From the sequence record CP025902.1: a stretch of 13,549 bases of DNA, one strand, 5' to 3'. Positions 1-11,416 of the stretch are shown one piece after another. The translations under genes and the position numbers were made by a program. Origin of the DNA: Escherichia phage 500465-3. Each line of letters starts with the position of its first letter. Position 1 is the first letter of the stretch. The notes under the pieces were generated by a model. The model searched no databases. It worked only from the letters and a program-made list of their open reading frames with translations, and was not told where the DNA came from.

Positions 1-1780
1 GGAGCATAAGCATCACCATGATTAATATAGGTGAATTGAGCGTTAGTAATTCCGCCGCCGCTGGACGTACTCGCCGTAGTAACGCGTATGGTCATTGCGC
101 CGCGAGTGCCAATAACTTCCACCACAGCACCTGCAAGACAAATATTTCCGCAACCTGTATCTGTAATGACCTTATTGTTTGCATAAGCCCATGAGCCTTT
201 GCACATCCAGTAAGGATGGTTAAATGCCCCCTGACTCTCCAGCCACGAAATGAATTGTGCGGTTGTCCAGGTCTGACTATCGCCACCAATATTCAGCCAT
301 GCGCTATATGCGCGGCAGGCACCAATATTTTTGGTGAAGGTATCTTTTCCTGGAATATCTGCGCCGTTCTGTTTTTTCTGTAATGCGCCAGAAGCCTGAT
401 TTACCGTTTCCTGTAAACCGAGGTATTCGATAACAGCGGCAACGGTCGATTTCGCAAGAATATCCCGCCCGACTTTTGTCAGGGTTGCCAGGCTGGCGAC
501 ATCATTCCCCGTAAAATACGGAAACCTGTCTGCCGCAGTAGCAAGCCCGGCCAGCGCCGTCAGGGTGGCATCTTTCGGTTGCTTACCCGCAAGCGCGTTA
601 GTCATGGTGGTCGCAAAATTCGGGTCGTTGCCCAGCGCCGCCGCCAGCTCGTTCAGCGTGTTCAGTGCATCAGGTGACGAATCTACAAGTGCGGCAATCG
701 CGGCCATCACATAAGCCGTGCTTGCGATCTGAGTATTATTAGTCCCTTTTGGCGCAGTTGGCGTTGTTGGCGTTCCGGTCAGCGCAGGACTGTTTAAAGG
801 CGCTTTCTTGTTCGTTTCATCCATTACCGCCTTAACCGCTTTTGGTGTCGCAGCCAGCGTTTCAGACGGGCTGTTAGTGGCGCTACTGAGCTGAACTATC
901 CCTTTTCGTGCCGTCGTTGCATCCTGAGCGGTATATTTTGCGTTAGCAAGGTCATATGCTGCCTTTACTGCCTTTGGTGTTGCCGCCAGTGACTCGGAAG
1001 TGCTGTTGGTCGCACTGCTGAGCTGAACCACACCTTTTTTCGTCGTGCTCGCATCTTCCAGAGATACGGCATCAGCAATATCCTCTGCCCGTTTTGCTGC
1101 TGTTTCGGCACGCGTTGCCGCGGATTCAGCAGCAACTTTGCTCTGAGATGCAGCCGTCGCACTGCCTGCCGCCTCTGATGCTTTCGTTGTTGCTGTCGTG
1201 GCACTACCTTTCGCTGCTGACGCTTGTCTGGTCGCCTCATCTTTTGAAGCAGACGCAGATGATGCCGATGACGCCGCTGAACCAGCGGACGATGCGGCCT
1301 GTCCGGCTGACGTGCTGGCGGCACGTGCTAAGCCTGCAGCATCAGTCGCACGGGTTGCCGCCTCACGGGCTGATGTGCTGGCATCGCTGGCTGACTTCTT
1401 CGCGGCTGCCGTGTTCTGTGCCACCGCGGAGGCGTTACGCGCCACCTCTTCCACCATCAGCTCAAAACGGCGCAGTGCCTCCGGACGGGCATCATCCTCC
1501 GTCATTGCACCGAGGAAATCATTCAGTGTGCCAGGCTTTGAGTCCTCATATACGGTGATAATCCCGGCGTGTGACGGCGGGAACCCCTCCACCAACAGAC
1601 TGACGCTGTACTGACCATACTCGACGTCCATTGTATAACGCCCGGCTTCATCCGGATTTTCTGAGGCACTGTGTTCACCACCACCGTGGTGCTGTTGCGC
1701 CTGGCCTTTAGCTGAATGGTGCAGTTTTGTATCGGCTTACCTGCACCGTCTTTCAGTACACCTGAAATCAGTACTGCCAT
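1..1780 (-). CDS. stf: Side tail fiber protein Stf, N-terminal ~590 codons; the 3' end of the gene lies beyond window position 1; one single-base frame break near 1664-1669
   Basis: Minus ORF 1523..1825 contains MAVLISGVLKDGAGKPIQNCTIQLKARRNSTTVVVNTV, which I recognise as the lambda Stf N-terminus, starting at the ATG at 1778-1780. After ...NTV the frame is lost. Hand translation of the adjacent frame (codons whose low coordinate is divisible by 3) continues as ASENPDEAGRY...TVYEDS...ARPEALRR..., then Ala/Ser/Thr-rich tail-fibre repeats (KKGVVQLSSATNSTSESLAATPKAVK, DALNTLNELAAALGNDP, ATTMTNALAGKQPKDATLTALAGL) with no stop down to position 1. The ORF track does not list it because it has no stop inside the window. 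Plus-strand ORFs 1094..1558 and 1198..1614 are antisense shadows. Confidence 0.8.
826..1060 (-). repeat. Intragenic tandem repeat inside stf: two ~132-bp (44-codon) copies encoding the phage tail-fibre repeat motif
   Basis: Roughly 828-903 and 960-1040 align at about 75% identity with a 132-nt offset (ctgagctgaac at 886 and 1018). The encoded peptides are TTKKGVVQLSSATNSTSESLAATPKAVKAAYDLA and TTARKGIVQLSSATNSPSETLAATPKAVKAVMDE. Confidence 0.5.
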
Positions 1781-1793
1781 ATTCCCCCCCCAC

Positions 1794-1820
1794 AAAAAAG
1801 CCCGCCTGAACCGGCGGGCT
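1794..1820 (-). terminator. Rho-independent terminator downstream of lom (minus-strand transcript)
   Basis: Plus strand reads aaaaaa-gcccgcc-tgaacc-ggcgggc. On the minus strand this is a 7-bp GC-rich stem (1800-1806 / 1813-1819) with a 6-nt loop, followed by a TTTTTT run (complement of 1794-1799). It starts 27 nt after the lom stop codon (1847-1849). Confidence 0.6.
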
Positions 1821-1846
1821 GTCATAACACTGTGTTACCTGGCTAA

Positions 1847-2435
1847 TCAGAATTTATAGCCGACACCCACGATGAAACTGTTGGTACGCCAGTCACCGCT
1901 GCCGGAGCCTTCATAAGCGACATCAACGGCCACGGATTCGGTCGGGTTAAACTGCACGCCAGCTCCCCACGCCAGAGAGGTATTGCTGTGGCGACCGTCA
2001 TCACTTCCGGTCAGCACGTCGTGCGTTTTCCCCTTGTTGTCAGTTACGCGGAGATAATCCCCGGAGAAAGTCGACACACGGCTGTAAGCCATACCCGCCA
2101 TCGCATACGCGCTGAACCATTCATTCACGCGTACAGACGGCCCCGCCATCACGCTGAACCAGCGGTTACGCACGGAATCTTCATGCCAGCGGGTATCGCT
2201 GTAATGCGTTTTTTGCTCATCTTTGGCATTGGCATAACTGAATGACGTCACCAGCCCCAGCGTGTCCGTAAACTCATAACGGTATTTCACGTTAATCCCG
2301 TTCAGATTATCGCTGCCGGGAGCGTTCGTACGGGCATGAAGATACCCGCGCTCAGTGTGGACTGATGTTCAGACGCCCATGCAGGCGCACCGGATACGGA
2401 CAGACAGATGGCTGCGGACAGAATAACAGCACATA
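1847..2435 (-). CDS. lom: Outer membrane protein Lom (Ail/Lom/OmpX beta-barrel family), a lysogenic-conversion moron; one single-base frame break near 2342-2346
   Basis: The ATG at 2433-2435 follows a GAGAGG Shine-Dalgarno and opens MRKLCAVILSAAICLSVSGAPAWASEHQSTLSAG (signal peptide plus Lom N-terminus). The frame breaks at gcgggtatc, where ggt-tat is expected. The adjacent frame gives YLHARTNAPGSDNLNGINV and joins ORF 1847..2290 (KYRYEFTDTLGLVTSFSYANAKDEQ...SFIVGVGYKF, ending in the aromatic residue typical of outer-membrane barrels). Confidence 0.85.
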
Positions 2436-2466
2436 ATTTACGCATAATTACCTCTCGCTTTTCTGC

Positions 2467-2493
2467 AATAAAAAAGGCGCCATTTCTGGCGCC
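2467..2493 (-). terminator. Rho-independent terminator downstream of J and upstream of lom (minus-strand transcript)
   Basis: On the minus strand: GGCGCC-agaaat-GGCGCC (plus 2476-2481 / 2488-2493) followed by TTTTTTATT (complement of 2467-2475). It lies about 20 nt after the J stop codon (2513-2515). Confidence 0.6.
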
Positions 2494-2512
2494 CGTATAT
2501 GGGTTATAAAAT

Positions 2513-5978
<3,466 letters not shown>

Positions 5979-6000
5979 TCCTCACGCTCCATAAACGACA

Positions 6001-6020
6001 AAACCGCCCGCAGGCGGTTT
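6001..6020. other. Perfect 8-bp inverted repeat with 4-nt loop (aaaccgcc cgca ggcggttt) in the I-J intergenic spacer; possible RNA stem-loop or weak attenuator
   Basis: 6001-6008 is the exact reverse complement of 6013-6020. On the minus strand the hairpin is followed by tGTCGTTTATGG, which is only moderately U-rich, and then by the J ribosome-binding site. Confidence 0.35.
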
Positions 6021-6038
6021 CACATAAAACATTTTGCA

Positions 6039-6678
6039 TCAGCGACCAATCACCACAACCTGACCACATCCCCTTCGTCTGCCGTGCTGATCTCCTGAGA
6101 AACCACGCGTGACCCCACGCGCATTTCACCGTACAGAACAGGCAGAACATTGCCCTGGGCAACCATGTTATCCAGTGAAGAAAAATAGGTGTTCTGTTTG
6201 CCGTTATCCGTTGTCTGTGTGCGGGGGGTTTTGGGTTTAGGGGCCAGCATCTGTGCAACACCGCCAAGCGTCATACTGGCACCGAGAGAAAACAGCAGAT
6301 TACTCGCCATAATTCCTACCCCGGCATCCATATAGCAACCGCCATAACAGCCGCCCCCAGCACAGCCTGAAACACACCGCCACTTTTGGCTCCCGCCAGA
6401 CGCGGCACGATATGGATCACAGCACCATTTGCCAGCGGTTCATTAAGACGGGCTGATAATTCCGTTTCACCTGTATCACGCCCGGCAATGCGTACCTGAT
6501 ACCAGCCGTCGCTCAGCTTCTGACGAAACGCCGGGATCTGCATGGCCAGCGCCCGGATGGCTTCGGCCCCCGTTTTCACACGCAGATCGATGCGGCGGCC
6601 AAATCGTTGTAAATCCCCGTAAAGGCAGATACGTGCCATGCCTGGTGACGCCAGAGGGAGTGTGTGCGTCGCTGCCAT
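6039..6678 (-). CDS. I: Tail assembly protein I; two single-base frame breaks (about 6316-6331 and about 6063-6070)
   Basis: ORF 6316..6678 starts MAATHTLPLASPGMARICLYGDLQRFGRRIDLRVKTGAEAIRALA... (lambda I N-terminus). ORF 6050..6331 continues ...LFSLGASMTLGGVAQMLAPKPKTPRTQTTDNGKQNTYFSSLDNMVAQGNVLPVLYGEMRVGSRVVSQEISTADEGD. The true C-terminus ...GQVVVIGR and its TGA (6039-6041) are recovered by restoring one base at gatgtggtc (expected gatggtggtc). Confidence 0.8.
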
Positions 6679-7317
6679 TTGTCGGTATACCTCTCTCGTT
6701 TGCTCAGTTGTTCAGGAATATGGTGCAGCAGCTCGCCGTCACCACAGTAAATGGCGGCATGATTCGGCACCGATGAACCAAAGCAGCACAGCAGCACATC
6801 GCCCGGTTGTGCTGATGACACGGCACCTGATACAGCCCTGTGGCCTCCAGATTATCCAGATAGAGATTCTGACCTGATTTCCACAGTCATCATGTCGGTA
6901 AAAATCCGGCAAATCGATACCTGCAAGATGATAGGCATCGCGGAACAGCGTATAACAGTCTGTCACCCCGTGCTCAAAGCGCCGCCCGGTGAGATGCGGC
7001 ACACAGCGGAACTTATGAATCACTCCCCGGCAGACCAGCCACCACGGCAAATCACTCTGCACCTGCAGCCGCCTGTCGGCCTCACTCAGCCAGGGCAGAC
7101 CAGCGGGGTGGCTGTGGACCAGCGCCACAATCTCACCCTGCATTTCTGCCTGCAGCCAGTCTTCCGGCGACATACGGAAATACGCCTCCGGCTCACCGGA
7201 AATATTCACGCAGGGAAAATATCTTTCCCCCTCCGGCGCTCTCACCACGAAGCCGCACGACTCCGCTGGCGCACATCGCCGGGCGTGCGCCAGAATCGCT
7301 GATTCTGTCTCTGTCAT
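6576..7317 (-). CDS. K: Tail assembly protein K (NlpC/P60-type peptidase plus MPN/JAB-like domain); two single-base frame breaks (about 6881-6888 and about 6825-6835)
   Basis: The ATG at 7315-7317 opens MTETESAILAHARRCAPAESCGFVV...VALVHSHPAGLPWLSEADRRLQVQSDLPWWLVCRG...GVTDCYTLFRDAYHLAGIDLPDFYRHDD (ORF 6739..7359). The C-terminus SAAQPGDVLLCCFGSSVPNHAAIYCGDGELLHHIPEQLSKRERYTDKWQRR... is in ORF 6576..6821. The 3' 103 nt overlap the start of I in another frame, as in lambda. Confidence 0.8.
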
Positions 7318-7321
7318 GGGA

Positions 7322-8019
7322 TTACTGCGAAAGTTTGTTAATGGAAAGGAAGCCGCCAAAGTTGCCGACGTTATTGCGAAACTTACAGCCGCTCAGGCAT
7401 TTGCTGCATTTATCCTTCGTGATATCGGACGTCGGCTGATCATATTCATCCGCGACCGCCGGACCGTGATAACCGCACTCATCGCCGCGATAGGTCCAGA
7501 TGCAGGTGTTGGCCAGCATGATTCGTCCCGGAAAAACAGCGCCGTCCGTTTCCGTCGGCGTGGACAGTACAAAAGAGGCACTGACCGCGCTCAGTTCGCT
7601 GCACTGCTCGATGCGCCAGCGGCTGATCACCTCCTGCTCCGGATCGGCGTCACTGTTTCCGTTGACGAAGTTCACCGCATCCAGAAAACGGGCGTAAACC
7701 TTACGCCGGACCACCGTTCCGCCGACCAGACTCTGCAGATCTTCCGCATCCCGGTGACCATACCGTACAGGTTAGAAACCGTCAGCGTGGGGCGCGTACT
7801 GGTGCCTTTGCCATTCAGTTCAAAACCACTCCCCTGAATGGGATACGGCTGATACTGTCGCCCCTGCCAGGTGACCGGCTCACCTTTTTCGTTCTGCTCA
7901 TTACAGAAAAAATAACGTTCTCCACCGACCTCTGTCAGGTCGATTTCCCAGAGCACCACGCTGGCCGACTGCTCCGCACGGGTGCATTCATTCAGTGTTT
8001 CCTGTCGGATATCCTGCAT
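7322..8019 (-). CDS. L: Minor tail protein L; one single-base frame break near 7740
   Basis: ORF 7672..8019 gives MQDIRQETLNECTRAEQSASVVLWEIDLTEVGGERYFFCNEQNEKGEPVTWQGRQYQPYPIQGSGFELNGKGTSTRPTLTVSNLYGMVTGM, and ORF 7322..7714 gives VVRRKVYARFLDAVNFVNGNS...CSKCLSGCKFRNNVGNFGGFLSINKLSQ. Both match lambda L. The start ATG (8017-8019) overlaps the M stop as aacTGATGcag. Confidence 0.85.
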
Positions 8020-8349
8020 CAGTTCACCACCTGTTCAAACTCTGCGCTGAACTCAACACGCAACATACTGACCCGCGACGACCATTTTTGCGCAGGTCAC
8101 CTTTATCTGCCGGTAGCCATAAGGTGGCGTCCACAGAAAGGCCTTCCAGCCCCCGTGCTCAGCCAGAAACGATTCCAGTGCCGTGGCCTCCTCACGGGAG
8201 ACAGACAGCGTCACGCTGTACGTTTTCAGGTCAGCGTTCAGCCCGGCAGGCGCACGCTGAGAATAGCCATCACCAAAGCGCACCTTTCTTACGGAAGGGG
8301 CCGAAGCCACATCCATACCGGGTTTCACTTTCCAGCGGAAGGTTTTCAT
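8019..8349 (-). CDS. M: Minor tail protein M; one single-base insertion in an A5 run (plus 8086-8090)
   Basis: The ATG at 8347-8349 follows a GGAGGTG Shine-Dalgarno and opens MKTFRWKVKPGMDVASAPSVRKVRFGDGYSQRAPAGLNADLKTYSVTLSVSREEATALESFLAEHGGWKAFLWTPPYGYRQIKVTCAK. Removing one A restores WSSRVSMLRVEFSAEFEQVVN and the TGA at 8019-8021. Confidence 0.85.
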
Positions 8350-11300
8350 CGTCCACCTCCGGAGAACAGACCACATCACGGGACTGCTGTTGCATAAAGT
8401 CCGCTGCTGCTTTTTTCCCGAGGTCATAAACCACCTTCAGGGCAGCCGGACCTATCTGCCCGTTCGTGCCATCGTTATTGATCTCGATGTTGTACTGCGG
8501 GGCAAACATCGCCATACCTGAACCACCAATATCCGCCACAACCCCCAGCTTACCGTCAGCACCACGACGCAGAGGCAGAATGGCTTCAGGCCCAGCTTCC
8601 CCCATCACACCTGCACCTTTTGCAAAAGCAAAAAACGTCGGACGGTTAACCACCGTGCCACTGTAGCGACTCAAATCAGCAGACTGATAAACACCACCAT
8701 CAGCATTGGGCGTCACACTGGCAGTTGCTGCACTCCCCAGCCAAACGCCGAACCAATCCCCTTAACTGCCTGCATCATGGACATCTGGGCCATGATTTTT
8801 GCCAGATCAGAAAGGAGCGAGGCGGTAAAAGATTTGAAGTTCAGTTTTCCGGTAGTACAGAACGTTGCCAGTGCATTACCTGCACTGTTAAATGCCGCTG
8901 TAAGCATCTGCTCAGCAGTGCCTGCCGCATTATCCGCATCTGCCGTGAAATTCTGAAACGCCCGCATAGCACCGTTTTTCCAGTTACCCTGAGCAATTTC
9001 AAGCTGTTGCCAGTAACGGCGATTCTCATTCAGTTGTCGGTTCAGGCTCTCCGTCAGCGCCTGCTCGGCCTTTCTGTAGTCATCCGTGTTATATGTCCCT
9101 TTCTGCTCACTATCCCGCCTCAACTGCTCCAGCTGTTGCTGGTATTTCTGGCGAAGACTCAGTTGTACCTGATATCGCTGCCGCTGCTGATCACCCATAC
9201 CCACCGTGGCGATATCCAGGTCATGTTGCTGACGCTGAGCGCGCTCTTCTTCAGCCAGTTGACTGGTCAGCTGAATTGTTTTTTTCTTCAGCTCGTTGAG
9301 TGCCGTCTGTTTCTGAAGCTCCTGCTGTTTTACATCCAGCAGCGTCAGTGCCTGAATCAGTTCATCTTTACGGGCCAGCACACTCTTTTCATCTGCCGTC
9401 AGTTTTTTCCCGTCCAGGTCGCTGATGCGCTGCTGCAGAGCCAGAAGCTGTTTATGCGCTTCTGTCATCTTTTCAGTGGCAATGCCTGCTGACTGTCTTG
9501 CAGCAGCAATCTGCCCTTCCACCTGTGCCTGTTGCTGACTGTACTGCAGCAATAACCGGGTGGCCTCATCATTACGGGTTTCGCGTGTTTTTTTTCTTAC
9601 CGGATGCCAGGGCTTTCTCGTAACGTTCATTTTCACGTTGTATCGCCGCATCCCTGACAGCCTGGTCGCGTACTGCATGGCATTAATACGCGCAATTTCA
9701 CGCTGATGTCGTGCTGCTTCCGTTTCATTCATCCGGTTCAGTGCAGCATTTTCAGCATTACGTCGTTTCTGTTGCTCCTGATAATTCCGCTCTGCCTGCT
9801 CTTTTGCATCCTGCAAATCCTTCTGGCGTTTTTTCTCCTGAAGATCGTTAAGACGCTGCTGATCGTATTCAACCTGAGAAGATGATGCCGTCCAGGGGAG
9901 TCTTTTCGCCCGCGACACTTTCTCCTGTAAAGCGGCAATCTGTTCATCCAGCGAGTCTTCACGACCAATATTCATGGCCGCATCCCAGAAACGACTCCAC
10001 AAATCAGACAGATACTTCAGCGTACTGCCAAGCGCATTGAGGTTATTATCAATATCCGCAGTACGCCGACTGGTTTTCCTCTGCCAGTGCAGACATGGCT
10101 ATCCGTGCAGCATCACTGGACCGCCCTGATCTCCAAGGACACGTATCTGCTCAAGCTGAGTGGCAGTAAGAAAATGCAGCTCATTGTCCAGAGCCTTCGC
10201 GGCATTTACAGGATCATCCTTCAGCCGCTTAAACTGATTTATGGTATCGCTGACCGACTGGCCAACCGATCGCTCCATCTGTGCGGCAGCTCTCGCCACC
10301 ATACCGATATCGTTTCCACGAAATGCACCACTCCCACCACCTGAGCCAGCGCACCGGCTGCAGCATGTTGCGTGATACCATTCCCGGAAATAGCACGACT
10401 GAGCGTCCACAGCTGCCCGGCAGTGACTCCGGCATAATGCCCCGTCAACGACAGCTGGCGGTTAAATTCTTCCCCCTCCTTCTGACCGTCATACCAGGCT
10501 TTACCCAGACCATAGACGGCCGCGGTAATACCGCCAATAACCCCGCCCAGCATCATGCCTTTCGGTGACATCAGTGTGTCTATCCATCCGGCACGGTTAG
10601 CCAGCGTTATCCCGGATCCCCTCAGCGCCCCTAAATTGCCGCGGGCCAGTTCACCTATCAGAACGCCTATCTCCTGGCGGGCCGCTGCACTTTTCAGACC
10701 CAGCGAATGCGTGGCTTTTCCTGCCCGCTCCATTTTGCGGATATACACTTCTGCAGCACTGCTTACCCCCAGCTGGGCTGCCTTGGCACGAAGCAACTCA
10801 GAAGATGAAAGATTCTGGCGGGTTGCCTGCTCTTTAAGCTGACGGATAAACGCCACTTTCTGTCGGGTAGCCTCTTCCTCAGCCTGTGTAAGAACACGGG
10901 TTTTCGCCGTAACCTCAGAAATCAGCGCCAGATAATCCTGCTGACCAATCCCGCCACTGTTTCTGGCCTGTCGGATCTGCTGCTGAATACGCTGTAATTC
11001 CTGCAGCCCCGCACTGGCCTGTTTCACACTGTCAATCTGACGATAAAACGCAGCAGCCGCTTTATCCTGAGCCTCCGCCAGAGCCATGGTCTGCGCCTGT
11101 TCCTCGCGCATTTTCTGGCTCAGTGCCTCCATGCGCTGGCGGGTTTTCTCCACCTCGCGGGCCATGCGTTCATGAGCCTGTGCGTTCTTCTCCACCGTCT
11201 GCGCATGGACGGATGCGGCTGTTGCAGCCGAAGAAGCCGCCTGCGTTGTCTGCCGGGCGGCCTGAGTCTGACGCTCCATAAAACGCTGCATACGGGCAGA

Positions 11301-11416
11301 AGACCGTTCTGCATCGCTGGCTGCACCATTCAGAAGGTTTTTGATACGGGGAATTTCATTTTTAAACTCTGCCGCATCAATCCCAAATCAATGACCAGGT
11401 TGGCTATCTGGTCCAT
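8346..11416 (-). CDS. H: Tail tape measure protein H (about 1020 codons); frame interrupted about 6 times as assembled
   Basis: The ATG at 11414-11416 opens MDQIANLVIDLG, then one missing base, then IDAAEFKNEIPRIKNLLNGAASDAERSSARMQRF... (ORF 10239..11291). This is followed by a long Q/E/K/R-rich coiled-coil stretch, then ...WIDTLMSPKGMMLGGVIGGITAAVYGLGKAWYDGQ... (ORFs 10099..10410 and 8713..10002), and the C-terminus GGVYQSADLSRYSGTVVNRPTFFAFAKGAGVMGEAGPEAILPLRRGADGKLGVVADIGG...NNDGTNGQIGPAALK (ORF 8270..8716). The final ...GLFSGGGR and its TGA (8346-8348, overlapping the M ATG as ATGA) appear after restoring one base at gatgtggtc. Confidence 0.85.

Noticed and set aside
1094-1614. Plus-strand ORFs 1094..1558 and 1198..1614 (154 and 138 aa, rich in Ala, Asp, Ser, Pro, Leu)
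   Set aside because: They are antisense to the Ala/Ser/Thr-rich stf repeats, whose GC-rich codons leave the opposite strand free of stops. There is no ribosome-binding site and the composition is low-complexity.
1-1780. Diversity-generating retroelement targeting the tail fibre
   Set aside because: The variation seen is one-base indels spread across all genes, not adenine-specific substitutions in a variable repeat, and there is no reverse transcriptase or template repeat in the window.
7316-9492. Long plus-strand ORFs 7316..7837 (173 aa), 7995..8429 (144 aa) and 8725..9492 (255 aa, Leu/Cys-rich)
   Set aside because: They lie antisense to K, L, M and the coiled-coil part of H. The minus-strand frames carry the recognisable lambda tail proteins, so these are shadow ORFs.
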